Assembly: GCA_032718475.1 (NCBI GenBank)
Contig: JAUCBJ010000267.1
Span: forward strand, 45,664-109,663
DNA length: 64,000 nt
Direction: 5' to 3'
From: Nemertoderma westbladi
Taxonomy: Eukaryota > Animalia > Xenacoelomorpha
Every line of letters begins with the position of its first letter. The first letter of the stretch is position 1. Below the pieces are notes generated by a model that did not search any database, was not told the origin of the DNA, and was given only the letters and a program-made list of their open reading frames with translations. Position numbers and translations under genes: made by a program. Of this stretch, positions 46,701-59,429 are shown one piece after another.

Positions 46701-48406
46701 CTAGGAGAAGGGTAACACCAGTGTGTTATACAGACGACGGCGAAAGCCAGACTTCTCAAGGAGAGGATAGCGGGAAAGACACTGAAAGATCTTATTATGT
46801 CAATAAAACGCCTAAAGACCAGGTAAGTAAATTCAAGTCTCGAACCAATGACAGGAGAGAACAGGTAAGAAAAACTCCTCCTACGTCTCCCAAGAGAATT
46901 CAGGTGAGAAAGCCCGAGGAAAGAACGAACGTGCACCACACAGCACATGTTAAAGTAAGTAACATCAAGCCCAAATGTGTGCTGTGCGATGGGCCCCACC
47001 GTTTAAGTGCGTGTGATGAATTCCTGAAGAAATCACTAAAGGACAGACGTGAAGTCATGTGGGATAAGCGGTTGTGTTATAATTGCCTCAGACGAGGACA
47101 CCAACGGCGAACCTGTTACTCCGACGTAAGGTGTGCAAAGTGCGGCGCAAAACATCATATCTTGTTGCACACGGAATTCGAACGAAACAGCCCGAGTCAG
47201 GTAAGTGAGTCCGAACTACATGTCCAATTCAGTGATGTGAACGACACTGACCAATATTCTGAGATGGAAGGATTCTATACGGACGAATTCTCCGACGAAA
47301 ACGAATCCTGTTACCTAACAAATACCGCAGTGTATCGAGCACTTACGTATGAAAAAGACACCGACAGCGAGCCCCCCCTAACTACTTCTGACAGACAACC
47401 ATCTTGGAAAGCACCACCTTCCAATGTAGGAATCCGAGAATTTCCTGTAGTACAGGTAAGGGTCCACGGACCTAAAAGGAGTTATGTAGTGAACGCCCTC
47501 CTTGACTCCGGTAGTACAGGAACATTCATCGACAAAGAACTAGCCGAAGACATCTTTGCTGGACAACCCAAGTTCCGAACTGAGCTAAACATGTCAGGAA
47601 TTATGCAGGTTTGGAAATCTACAGTAATCGCAGATTATTATGTAGGTGCGTTGTCCACCCCCCAGGATGAACTAGGAGAACACAGCATAAGGTCAGTAAA
47701 AATGTTAGCGATAAAGAACTTCGCGACCAGCCAAGTGGAACCTTATAACTGGGATGAGGACGATTTCACCCAGCAGTTTGAAATACCTAGATTCAACACC
47801 GATTACCCTGGAGTCCAAATACTCATCGGTCAAAATGCGCATGAAGCGCTCGAGACATTGGAGAAACGGCCTGCTCAACCGCAACCTCTACAAGTTTATG
47901 CGGGAAGAACTAGAGTAGGTTGGTACTTTACTGGCCCTTCTCGTAGAACTCTTATGGAAAGATTACCAAAAGAACAGGTATATCAATTAAGTGAACGGGA
48001 AGTGGAGAGCAGTGAAGTTGACGACCCAACTGAGGGAACACCATACTCCTCAGATAATGACGACATCAACTCCAATGTAGATCAATGGAGACATTGCCCC
48101 GAGACGATCAATCTAGCCGACATCGCCTCCAGAGGAGCAACTCCTCAAGAACTTACAGATACTCCAGACTGGTTAGGTGAACCCGACTTCCTAAGTAAAG
48201 AAGATGAATGGCCTCCCCATCTTAACCCGGCGAAGATTAGACAGGCCAAGGGAGCGGAGAAAGTAACACAACCACTCAATCGCCCAGCTGGTCGTTTATG
48301 TTTACTGGAAAGAGACCGAAAACTGTCCGGAAACTATGGAAGGCAAGATACTCTTCCCACGACCACCTCCCTAATCCAACAAATATCTAGGGACTCCATA
48401 ACGTAA
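43715..48406 (+). CDS. gag-pol: Element C gag-protease ORF (1563 aa) fused in frame to RNase H and integrase C-terminal remnants; RT and IN core deleted
   Basis: Cys/His arrays CVLCDGPHRLSAC, CYNCLRRGHQRRTC and CAKCGAKHHILLH, then protease ALLDSGS. It continues directly into QWRHCPETINLADIASRG (RH end) and LNRPAGRLCLLE (IN end). No YxDD or DDE motifs. Confidence 0.9.
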   Translation: MSDTTQSLSDSLLDSVRMTVRQCLKRISDPDPSIEHPRSKSKSPPTVRKAIPTVVVSDPRLVEHRRSIIGTRAQVKRDQEAAEQQQPASQELISQRPDSSSSEDTVELTPERGARMTDAVYSDPLLILPAAVLTRLLIAVEEHQIDWARSKRSTKDSYAGYTREELKSMVESQWNFPGPGLPFDLSEAAWEDIHRMGVAKETIDPAVWKRSTAGYAQGFLSSMERVKEQLFQQPQGPQEQGQLLYQVRERILRIRIILSAFEEASKRRQDTSLQVAIKTWFQRVSLQVQGTAQWKAQLEERSTHGESTDATFSQVESEATAENPHKRDAIDIYLSDYQRFLGDEELRRRLDGLNPNSEGAQRVLDAIDVDRLAANQAKFDEQLRIARDQEEKVKKKRIEDRKKAAVAAAEAERKAAEEESKAAEMERKAAAAEAEAKRKAAAAEAEAKRKAAEMERKAAMAAAEAERIAAEEIAQLELENIQENQDCINKQLTASNMQMMNRSTPKRQGYTSSEEGDTTDTEGKGNRSHLSRRKRTSHRQKLPDLPPAVRRQLNNTNLGSTEPTDQIITIERLPTIVDEPEIIRPVPEATLLVVETPVLPEPTSKFPLHSTKLPVPSRTAHETVHALDSERNIHDLSPVVPRPPATTLANPASAVEWVDERRRGMDLLLGQMQETVQQFKGTVRESRLELQEVQQSIALERDKLVNTQRGIPPPPVTMCQPVMSEVSHAQGVEPTCIYTASEVETPIVNPIKGNYRPVDNDIPYRPDHNPRNLYTDNSILNNTMAQESFTRQMARTEARQAVKVGEIVKFNGDEMKWLPFNEYYKDNIQNSVLSNGEKLRFLIECLEGSPKLMALKFIGHPDGLRQVWDTLNIRYGNRNNIAGYLYAKLVAPRKFISSGIIEFSDEIQEICRQLDWLGKSHEYQSAMVIRAVASTLPKGGVGTRWDKKVLYMMEQQRRDPTMADLMSFLDREVKLQLLRQSREKTLENKVSEKPVSRRRVTPVCYTDDGESQTSQGEDSGKDTERSYYVNKTPKDQVSKFKSRTNDRREQVRKTPPTSPKRIQVRKPEERTNVHHTAHVKVSNIKPKCVLCDGPHRLSACDEFLKKSLKDRREVMWDKRLCYNCLRRGHQRRTCYSDVRCAKCGAKHHILLHTEFERNSPSQVSESELHVQFSDVNDTDQYSEMEGFYTDEFSDENESCYLTNTAVYRALTYEKDTDSEPPLTTSDRQPSWKAPPSNVGIREFPVVQVRVHGPKRSYVVNALLDSGSTGTFIDKELAEDIFAGQPKFRTELNMSGIMQVWKSTVIADYYVGALSTPQDELGEHSIRSVKMLAIKNFATSQVEPYNWDEDDFTQQFEIPRFNTDYPGVQILIGQNAHEALETLEKRPAQPQPLQVYAGRTRVGWYFTGPSRRTLMERLPKEQVYQLSEREVESSEVDDPTEGTPYSSDNDDINSNVDQWRHCPETINLADIASRGATPQELTDTPDWLGEPDFLSKEDEWPPHLNPAKIRQAKGAEKVTQPLNRPAGRLCLLERDRKLSGNYGRQDTLPTTTSLIQQISRDSIT

Positions 48407-50049
48407 CAACATACGGAGTGGGTGTGTGACTACATTATTTTATATTTATTTTATTATTTTATATTATGTATGTATTATTATGTAATTTTATTATAATCGT
48501 TTTATTTAATTTTATTTAGTAACATGTTATTTTAGCGAGCATTTAGTAGATTAGTGCAATATATTCGCATTTATTACGTAATTACTTATATTATATATTT
48601 AGTGCGACGGCGAGAAATAATTCTTTTTCTCCTTCCTTACTGCCCGTATTACATTATAAATACGTGACTACAGTAAGATGAAATGTCCGTACTTATTAAA
48701 GTACAATAAAGCCACTACTATATTCAAGTATTATTGGTAGGCAGAGTATTAGGAATGCAAAGTTCAGATCCTCGTGTCTCGGCTAAACCAAGCTCTGGGT
48801 AGACCTTGGAAACGACTTGCCTCTTCACACTGACATTGCTTCGTGCGATATTGCTCTCATACCGTATATTAAATAATACATATAGTAGCGTGATGTCCCT
48901 TTAACAGTAGCGTACAACGCAAATAAATCTGTTAAACCCTTTGACCATCTGTAATTCTAGTCGATTAAGATATCGCGGCACCCACCGATATACTTGAAAG
49001 ACAAAATTCTAGAATCAATGGTTAACGTCCCCAGACAAGTTCTGGAATAAACTGGTGCCCATCCTAAATATTAATTATTAATATTTACAAAATCTGTCAA
49101 ATATCAGATCCTTTAAAATTCTAGTCGATTAAGATATCGTAGCACTTACCGATACTCTTTAAAAGACAAAATTCCTAGAATCAAGGATCCCAGTCCCCAG
49201 ACACGTTCTGGAATAAAATTACGTCTATTTAACATTAAATAATAAAATTTACGGGAATAAATTTAAATTCATATATTTCAATGAATTTAATAAATTGTCA
49301 TTTTATACAATTTATAACATTCCCAAAATTCCATTAATTAATAGATCATGGGAGCGGAGATTCACTATATTAAGTGTATTTGTGTGTGAGAATCTCCAAT
49401 GTATAGTCAATAGCCGATAAAATTCATAAAATCATATATAGAGAGGATATTGACAATTAAAGAATTACTATTAAATAGCATCCCAGATCTGTATGCATGA
49501 GAATTACCCTAATTCTACCGCTAGCTTTCCATAATGTCACCATGGCAACAACCACGCTAGAATTAGAAGCGAGTTAACAGAACAATAAAAAGCTTGCTCA
49601 TTGAATAGCATACGGAATAAATAGCACACCGCTAGTATCCAAGGATACATAATAACAACGTGACATTCTGGAAGGCACTTGACTAACGGACAAATGACCC
49701 GAATGTGTGATAGAATGTGTACCATTTGTGACAGTTACGTGGAATTTGTGCGTTTGTAGGTGAATGTTACTACTAAGGTGTGTTTACAGTAGCGAGTCGC
49801 AATTGTGAAAGTAACCCTAACTCTCCAGTAAGAACCTGAAGTATATCTAAGCCTTTGGGACGGATGGTGGAGTGGCTCGTGCTGGTTGTTGTAGTCGTTG
49901 TGCAGCTACGACGTTGGCGATAGGCACATCGGCGAAAGTACACCAGCGCTGAGGATCTTACACTGTCCGGGGGCAGAGAGGGGTAGGCAGCGACGCCCGC
50001 TCGCCTAAATATAAACTCATTATAATATGGATAAACTTATATAGCAGAT

Positions 50050-51151
50050 ATGATTGAGTTGATAGAAGATGATCTTGGTATCAGGGAACGATATACTCTA
50101 CCTTTACAAGCGTTTGTTGATAGCTTGATACGCGGCGACGCTGGTCCAACTACTACGGAGGACGATGGTCGTTATATCTAACCGCCAATGTCCCGGGAGC
50201 AACTTGCGCGTGGGTTAGACTGTAGAAAATTCACCGCTCGCTATACGCATCGTAATGGTACGTATATGGACTTCTTAACTACTGGTCATCCTATCGACCT
50301 ACACGATACGAACGATATAGACACCAAAGGGAAATGGTTTATTTAAATATCATACCCAGCGGAAGCGGAATGATAAACTGAGACTCGAACACGAAAATTC
50401 TATTCGAAACCGACTCGAAAGTGCAGATGTCGAAGAGCCGGATAAATGCAGCGACTCCACCAAATACCTGGAATTCTTGAGAGAAACCTATCTCGATATT
50501 ACCAGTCAACAGAATCTAGAAACTCGATATCCTCAAGGTATACATCATGACCGCATGGTAGAACTCAAACGGCTCTATTCCACTATGATGTATCTTACCG
50601 CCGATCGATCGCTACCTGTTGTACCGGATAGCTTCGAACGGATGGAGGAATATTGTAAAACCGAATAAATATCACCCGCATTTGCGATGAATGCCCAAGA
50701 CCCAACCAACAAACGGAAAGACATAAACATCCGCGGAGACGTTGCTTTAAACACGGTTTTACTCGCTATACTTACGGGAGTTTCGAGCGAAACTTGTTCG
50801 ATGTATCACCTACGCTCATTCGACTCAGACGATCCTTAAATAAACCAATGATCAGAGTTTCGGAATACTCGATCAGAACTCCTCATTCCCTAGTGAGACT
50901 TCAGACTCTTGATCCTATTAGTATGACGGATCCTCCCGAGCTGTACTCACTACTCAAAGATCTAGTGTTACCTGAACAATTAGTCGGTGGCACCCCAGTT
51001 GTGGGCTTCCTAGATACTAGCCCATTCTACCTAGCCGGATTGGGACGCGGACATTTAATATCGCCGTTTAACCCTTACCATCGTCCCGTCCCGGCTTAAC
51101 ACGATATAACCTGTCACCAAAGTGGCGGAGAACGTTGTACCAAACGAGTTA
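50050..51151 (+). pseudogene. Element C accessory ORF, disrupted by stops and frameshifts
   Basis: Fragments 50477-50668 and 50794-51099 match the ORF at 37155-37862. Upstream coding-like sequence contains in-frame stops. The 5' boundary is approximate. Confidence 0.7.
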
Positions 51152-51575
51152 AACGCTATTCTACAAAGATCAGAAAGGAAACCTGCGTTTGTTCAGATAA
51201 ACGTAAGTTGTAACAGCAAGTCCAAGCGATAAACGAATTGTCTTTATCTCAGTTCGATTGTGAAATCCAGAATCTCTAAGAAGATATCGAACTTAGACAA
51301 CCCCATTCTCTGCGAGAGTTTTTGGATGAACGTATCCAGCTACGAGCGGAGGAAAATCAGCTCGAGGAGAAGCATATCGAAACGGCGGATACCCCGACCA
51401 TTTATAGCCCTCCTAGTAAAGTGGCTCGCCCCAAAGAGAAAGGGACTCTTGCTAGCCTCAAAAACTGCGTAAACGCCGTCTGTGTAAGAAAGACTAACTG
51501 TTTAGAGTATCTTTATATTTTAGAAACTGTGATTTGTTATATTTTATAGACTTAAATCCCATTTTCTGGGAGCGG

Positions 51576-52209
51576 TGTAAAAGCTTTTGCGTAATTAGCC
51601 GGTTATTTTCCCCGTAACGTACTCTGTAGTTGGTTTACTGGGCATAAAAAGGCCGTGTCCTTACTGTACTGGTGTTTTAGAGGACATAAAAGCCATTTCT
51701 TCTGTATTTGTACTTTAGAGGACATAATCCGCAATTTCGGGACGCAATAAGCTCGATACTCTTGAAAACAGTGTCGCTACCATGACGACGGCTAACAGCT
51801 GATATTGCCACGTCGACATTTCTTTGTTTCTTTGTTCTCTCGTTGTTCGGTCGACCAATCAGAGCGTTTTTGTCTCTGTGTTGGAGGTGGATACAGAAAC
51901 TCAGGAATTCAGTGTTATGTTTTTGCCCAGAGCCTAAGAACACCGGCTTTTGGCACCTCCGTGTTTCAGTCTTTAGTCTTACATTAGTAGGCTTAATTAT
52001 AGAACGTATATCTGTTATCGAGTTACCTTATCAATGCTTACTAAACATATCATGCATATCTTACTTAACATTACTGCTTTTGCTGTCGGTTATTCATTAT
52101 ATTTGTTGATGGAAGATTATATTTGGAATACTGATCAATAGTCAGACACCCAACCTTCTTGATATACTAAAGGTTAGAGAGACCGGTTACAGATAAACGA
52201 TTGCGACCT
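51576..52209 (+). repeat. Element C 3' LTR, truncated (634 of about 1145 bp)
   Basis: Nearly identical to the reconstructed 5' LTR up to TTGCGACCT, then GGAT and satellite. No terminal CA and no TSD. Confidence 0.92.
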
Positions 52210-52213
52210 GGAT

Positions 52214-54667
52214 TACTGTAGTGACAGGGTCGGGTATGTTGGCGATCAGGTTTCATTGACATACTGTAGTGACAGGGTCGGGGATGTTGGCGATCAGGTT
52301 TCATTGACATACTGTATTGACAGGGTCGGGGATGTTGGCGATCAGGTTTCATTGAGATACTGTAGTGTATTGACAGGGTCGGGGATGTTGGCGATCAGGT
52401 TTCATTGACATACTGTAGTGTAGTGACAGGGTCGGGGATGTTGGCGATCAGGTTTCATTGACATACTGTAGTGACAGGGTCGGGGATGTTGGCGATCAGG
52501 TTTCATTGACATACTGTAGTGACAGGGTCGGGGATGTTGGCGATCAGGTTTCATTGACATAGTGCAGTGACAGGGTCGGGGATGTTGGCGACCAGGTTTC
52601 ATTGACATACTGTAGTGACAGGGTCGGGGATGTCGGCGATCAGGTTTCATTGACATATGTAGTGACACGGTCGGGGATGTTGGCGATCAGGTTTTATTGA
52701 CATACTGTAGTGCAGTGTGACAGGGTCGGGGATGTTGGCGGCCAGGTTTTATTGACTACTGTAGTGCAGTGTGACAGGGTCGGGGATGTTGGCGATCAGG
52801 TTTCATTGACATACTGTAGTGACAGGGTCGGGGATGTTGGCGATAAGGTTTTATTGACATACTGTAGTGACAGGGTCGGGGATGTTGGCGATCGGGTTTC
52901 ATTTACATACTGTAGTTGACAGGGTCGGGGATGTTGGCGATCAGGTTTCATTGACATACTGTAGTGGCAGGGTCGGGGATGTTGGCGATCAGGTTTCATT
53001 GACATACTGTAGTGACAGGGTCGGGGATGTTGCCGATCGGGTTTCATTGACATACTGTAGTTGACAGGGTCGGGGATGTTGGCGATTAGGTTTCATTGAC
53101 ATACTGTAGTGACAGGGTCGGGGATGTTGGCGATCAGGTTTCATTGACATACTGTAGTGACAGGGTCGGTGATGTTGGCGATCAGGTTTCATTGACATAC
53201 TGTAGTGACAGGGTCGTTGATGTTGGCGATCAGGTTTCATTGACATACTGTAGTGACAGAGTCGGGGATGTTGGCGATCAGGTTTCATTGACATACTGTA
53301 GTGACAGGGTCGGGGATGTTGGCGATCAGGTTTCATTGACATACTGTAGTGACAGGGTCAAGATTGTTGGCGATCGGGTTTCATTGACATACTGTAGTTG
53401 ACAGGGTCGGGGATGTTGGCGATTAGGTTTCATTGACATACTGTAGTGACAGGGTCGGGGATGTTGGCGATCACCTTTCATTGATATACTGTAGTGACAG
53501 GGTCGGGGATGTTGGCGATCAGGTTTCATTGACTACTGTAGTGCAGTGACAGGGTCGGGGATGTTGGCGATCAGGTTTCATTGACATACTGTAGTGACAG
53601 GGTCGGGGATGTTGGCGATCAGGTTTCATTGACTACTGTAGTGCAGTGACAGGGTCGGGGATGTTGGCGATTAGGTTTCATTGACATACTGTAGTGACAG
53701 GGTCGGGGATGTTGGCGATCAGGTTTCATTGACTACTGTAGTGCAGTGACAGGGTCGGGGATGTTGGCGATCAGGTTTCATTGACATACTGTAGTGACAG
53801 GGTCGGGGATGTTGGCGATCAGGTTTCATTGACTACTGTAGTGCAGTGACAGGGTCGGGGATGTTGGCGATCAGGTTTCATTGACATACTGTAGCGACAG
53901 TCGGGGATATTGGCGATCAGTTTTCATTGACATACTGTAGTGACAGGGTCGGGGATGTTTGCGATCAGGTTTCATTGACTACTGTAGTGCAGTGACAGGG
54001 TCGGGGATGTTGGCAATCAGGTTTCATTTACTACTGTAGTGCAGTGACAGGGTCGGGGATGTTGGTGACCAGGTTTCATTGACATACTGTAGTGACAGGG
54101 TCGGGGATGTTGGCGATCAGGTTTCATTGACATACTGTAGTGACAGGGTCGGGGATGTTGGCGATCAGGTTTATTGACATACTGTAGTGACAGTTGGGGA
54201 TGTTGGCGATCAGGTTTCATTGACATACTGTAGTAACGGTCGGGGATGTTGGCGATCAGGTTTCATTGACATAGTGCAGTGACAGTGTCGGGGATGTTAG
54301 CGATCGGGTTTCATTGACATACTGTAGTGACAGGGTCGGGGATGTTAGCGATCGGGTTTCATTGACATACTGTAGTGACAGGGTCGGGGATGTTGGCAAT
54401 CAGGTTTCATTGACTTACTGTAGTGACAGGGTCGGGGATGTTGGCGATCAGGTTTCATTGACATACTGTAGTGACAGGGTCGGGGATGTTGGCGATCGGG
54501 TTTCATTGACATACTGTAGTGACAGGGTCGGGGATGTTAGCGATCGGGTTTCATTGACATACTGTAGTGACAGGGTTGGGGATGTTGGCAATCAGGTTTC
54601 ATTGACTTACTGTAGTGACAGGGTCGGGGATGTTAGCGATCGGGTTTCATTGACATACTGTAGTGAT
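52214..54667. repeat. 48-bp tandem satellite, block 3 (array end)
   Basis: Same monomer, with more private variants (e.g. GTTAGCG) toward the edge. Confidence 0.97.
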
Positions 54668-56389
54668 AGTGAAAAGTGCCGCTTTTTTCCTACCGTGCTG
54701 TAAGACTTGACTGAGGAGACCCTATCAGCATCGGGCTGGTAGGCTGTAGACCTGTTAACGTTTCCTAAATGGATGCGTTTACATACCATTTTATTATACT
54801 ATTGACTGAGTCCCAGATGTTGTTAATCATGTGGAGTAATTGGCCATTAGAGTTACAGAATCCGAGAAGTAGGCATACTATCATGCCCCTTCGCGATATT
54901 ATGAACTAACGATAATTATATTTTGAAATACAGTTAACTCGGTGGGATAAATATTTCTCTATTTGACGCAGCACCGCCGCGGCCGCTATGAGGGAGGTGA
55001 ATACCGCGGCCGCTCCTAAAGCCGCAGGCCATCGCTAACTATATAGGTTAACTTGGGATTCTGGGGGACTTTTCGATGAAGGAACTGACCAAATTTTTTT
55101 ATTTTCTCACCAGGGGAGCGGCTCGGAATTCTAAGATATTAGCAACTCTAACATTATTAAATCTAACCCTTCGACGGACACGGCGGACAAAAAACCGTCA
55201 TTTTTTCGACAATTTTAATATTTTTTTGAAAGGCGCTCTACAGAGGCTCAAAAAAACCCTAGGTTATTGCTTAGCCGACGCCGGGATACGATAGAAGGGA
55301 TTAATTAGTGAATTCGTTTTTTTTTTTCAAAAAAGATTACCACGCCTTTTTTCCGAAAATGTCCGTCAAAGTTGAAAAAACGGACAAAATGACTTTGCGG
55401 GATCCGCTATAACTCTGCTAATATTAATCGTACGGGGACGAAAGTAACGCGGTTGGAAAGGGGAACAGTGGTACTACCTTCGTATCGAATGGGGGTAAGA
55501 TATTTATTAAAATTTCGGGTGGAAAAAGGGGCTTTAAATTTGTACGTTTTTGTCCGTCTTTTTTGGAAAACTTATTTCCGAAATGTTTAATTCGACAACG
55601 CGGGTAGGAATCCACTAATTCTTTTATGAAACTCGTAGAAGACCATTGGGGCTACGTTCCTATCGAATGGGGGTACAAAAAATATGTCGGCAATAGGGGC
55701 CAAAAAGGGCCAGAATTTGTAAAGTAGTTTTTATCGAATAATTTATTATTTTTAACTTTAGTTGGTTAAGGTACATTCTATACAGTCAATATCCATACGG
55801 GGAATTCAAATATGCTATCGGTTTTGCTCCAAGGATGATATTAAAAAAATGAGGGCCAAAATTATAATTTCGCGCTTCAAACTTGCTTCGCGGGAAATCG
55901 TCTAGCTCGAAAACTACTTAACTTACGGGAGATTTGTTTACACAGACTTATAGTGCGTTAAATTATCTATCTAACAGCGTTAATCACAGCGCCGGAGGTA
56001 TTATAAAACTGGAGCGGCAGGCGATCGTGTGAAATATAATATTTATAAAAAGGGACGAAAATTTTTTTTTTTAACAAATCGCTATTCCATTATAATTTAG
56101 CGTATTGCGCCAAAATTACCTGTAAAAAGTATCAAATTAACTCCGCTATGTTTTATCTTAACATATATAATTAAAATTACGAATTTTCAGGGTCGAAAAA
56201 TATCGCGTTATTTTGGCCTTTTTTTTAATTTTTTTGGGGCCAAAAATAACCCCTTCTCAAAAGATTAAGAAAATAATTACGGCAAAGAATATACCAATTT
56301 TATTGAATTTGGACCACCAGAACCGAAGTTAGAGCGATTTTAGTGAAAAAAAAAAATAATTTTTTTTGCAAAAAAATTAAGAATGGTCA

Positions 56390-56462
56390 GGTCAATATTG
56401 GATTTCGAACCCGCGAACTTAGGTTTCATTAACGTGATTGATAACCACTAGACTATGTGACC
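56390..56462 (-). pseudogene. Degenerate tRNA-like / Pol III promoter-like sequence
   Basis: 73 nt. Minus strand has A-box-like TAGTCTAGTGG, B-box-like GGTTCGAAATCC and GGTCA...TGACC termini. The anticodon arm does not fold convincingly. Confidence 0.35.
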
Positions 56463-59231
56463 AAGAGAATTTGAAATTTTCGAGTGACTATTTTTAAACA
56501 TTAATAACTTCGGTTCTACAGGGCCGTTTAATCTGAAACTTTTTTCATTGGATAGAGGATAGATTGTAGTGTGTGAAATAGGATACAACTTGGGAAAAGA
56601 CGCATGTGCACTTAGTGCAAAATGCACTTAAATAGTGAACATTTTTTCGATATTTCAAACACTGTTATTTCCAGTTCTATTCATCGTAGAATGTTATTTT
56701 TTGGATTAAAATGTAGTTTGGAATGATTTCTAACTATAATCGTAACATTTGTTTAACTTTTTATGTCTATAAAGTGACTTAAAAATGTCCATGAATATGG
56801 TCCAAAATCGCAAATCCAGATTTATTAAATTTGATTTTTGACACTTTTAGCGACTGACACTTGATCATACACCATCGTAGATCGGTAGAGGATAAACATA
56901 AGTTTGTTAAATAAGAGCCACCATTACGATCTGCTAAAGTGCATTTGTACAAATAAGTGTGCAAAAGTGCAAATTTTTTAATAAGGTCAAATTATATAGT
57001 ATTGGGTTCTTTTCTTTGCAGATACTTTATTTTCATATTAATATGTTGTTTGAACCTTACTGAGGGCATTAGGGGATATGCGTACAAATAACCGGCCCTT
57101 ATGAGGCTTCGATTGGGTAAATTAATAAAACATAAGGTTGTATAGTATAATATTCTAAAAACCAGTGTGATATTAAATGCACTTTAAATAATAAATAGAA
57201 ATCAAATAACAATTGGACCACACAATTAAAAACTCGCACAATTTTGTACTTATTATATCGCTTCAAATTAATTCAACAGTGGATATTTGTGGGAAGGGGG
57301 AAGTTACAGTGTGCATTCGGGGGAAGTTTGGTGAACTGCATTTATGCAGTGAATCCAAACTTCCCCCTTTGATATATCATATACTTAAGACATGCTAGGG
57401 TGAAGGGGAAATATTTGTTACTGTCACACTTTGCTTCCATTTATCCTATCCTTTATTATTACCCCAGTCAGATAAGAGATAATAAATCAGTAAAAACTAA
57501 ACTAAACTGTCTTTCATGCAAACAAATTTCTAACTAAAGACGGGTGAATGACCATGACCATGGAAATAATTTTAAATATAATTGTATATCAACTATTTGG
57601 GGAGGCTTCCAAGTTAAACCCGAAAACAATTATTTTGTTACATATATAGTAAATAACGTTGTATGTTCTTCTTCCTCTCATAATAAAATATAAATGAAAT
57701 ATCTCAGATAGCTATGCCCTGTAACATTTCACAACCAAAATATTTAAGTGTGAAAAGTGTAGGCCTACCACACTCCGCCCAAACAACCGCAAACGCATAG
57801 CCAACAAATTTAACAAAAGGTTACATACATGTTGGGTTCATGACGAGATGAGTGAAAATTGATCGCGTAATATAAAGTAAAAAATTAAGAGACGGGCTGG
57901 CTCCCCTCCACTTTCTTACCCAATGGATATGTTGTTGTAATAATCTAATATTGGGGCGGCTTTCTCTCGTTTGACTGAAATAATAACTATGGGGAACTTC
58001 AATTCGAGACAATGGAGAAATGGCAGAGGGCGAACCCTCACCAATGAATTAGCAATCATTCTACCTACAATGCCATGCCATATCTCCATAAACCACAAAA
58101 ATGTTTTGCCTTTGTTTCCTAACATGACTCATGTTACAGTGTTAGTTGTCTTAATATTGTACCAGCTGTTTGGTACAAAGCTAGCTTAGTAACCCAGGAC
58201 CAGCAAACCACAACTCCTGCGATTCGCTAGTTCGCAACAGTTTTTATCGGTGATCACATTCCTATTTGGCAAATGAACAAACCACCAGATGGTTTTGGGT
58301 ATATCAAGCAAAGTTTACTATTATGTTGGAATATCGTTTTGAATAATGTTTCCGCTTAACTTATACTGTCCGACTAAACAGCACATGGTGTATTTATGAT
58401 AATCATTTTGCAGCAACTTGAAATATACTTTAGTCTTATCAACATTATTATTTCCTCCCCCTATTTAATAAATTGATAGTCGGGAGATTGACTTCATAAT
58501 ATAATGTATAATAGATGCAGGAACCATTGTAAAATATCTGACCAATAGAGAAAGCGAAATTAAGAGTAAAATGAGACTAAATTATTAGAAAACTAACTTT
58601 ATATAATAAATTTAATTCTTTAATTTATTACTTGCATCATAGTGTTGTTTACAATAGTTTATATATTTAATTTATGCAAGGGCAAGGAATATAAAGCAGC
58701 TTTTTATCCTTAATGTTTGTTTAATGGAAGATGTTAAGTAAATTAAATTTAACTTTATCTGAAATATTCGTATATATTGAATCTTTACTTCACTAAATCA
58801 GTGTGCTTTATATTTTTACCAACGGAATTAATAAGGTTTCGATCAAGGTAATTCTAACAATCAATGTGTATGTTTGTGCGGAATTTAAATGTTGCACAGT
58901 GAATTTCAATTTCAATTTCAATCTATTCCTTAATTTTATTTTTTAGAGGAAAAGCTACGCAAATAATACATTATTTCGAGCAACATTTAAACTGTAACCC
59001 GTTCTATTTACTCTCGAGTATTGTTTTTGGTTTAATAACGTGTCCCTTTCCCTTAATCAACATTGTTTATTAGCCATGACGCGATTTGTGTCCATAGATC
59101 ACGAAGCGACCCCCCCCCCCCCCCCAATGTCTCAACTTTTTTTGTAAGCTACGTTAAATTATTAATCCTACTCAGCAGCTCAGTTATATTTCGTAACTTT
59201 CGTAACTATTATTGATTAAATATCAGTCGCT

Positions 59232-59372
59232 ATGTTGGCGGCCGCGTATTCCCAGCAAGTAGAAAACGAGCCGGTAGAACCAAAGAACCCCGGCCGAGGA
59301 GGGAGATTGGCTTCGAGAGTCAACCCGAGACATTGTATCACAAAGGGTGGAATCTTGCAGGTCCTACAAGTA
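59232..59372 (+). CDS. Putative first coding exon of a MARVEL-domain (CMTM/plasmolipin-like) membrane protein
   Basis: ATG...NPRHCITKGGILQVLQV is followed by a phase-0 GTAAGT donor at 59373 and resembles the T..GILK..(E/Q) start of MARVEL domains. TCAGT lies just upstream. No downstream exon was identified. Confidence 0.4.
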
Positions 59373-59429
59373 GTAAGTATATTATTAATTATTATTTTTA
59401 GTTATATTACTACATAATAAATCATAATA

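Larger units (their letters stand above)
30489..52209 (+). mobile_element. Element C: internally deleted BEL/Pao LTR retrotransposon (hosts element B and a MITE; 3' LTR truncated)
   Basis: The 5' LTR is 30489-30536 plus 39525-40621. The 3' LTR starts at 51576 after GGGAGCGG and breaks off at 52209. A gag-PR ORF lies at 43715-48406. Confidence 0.92.
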
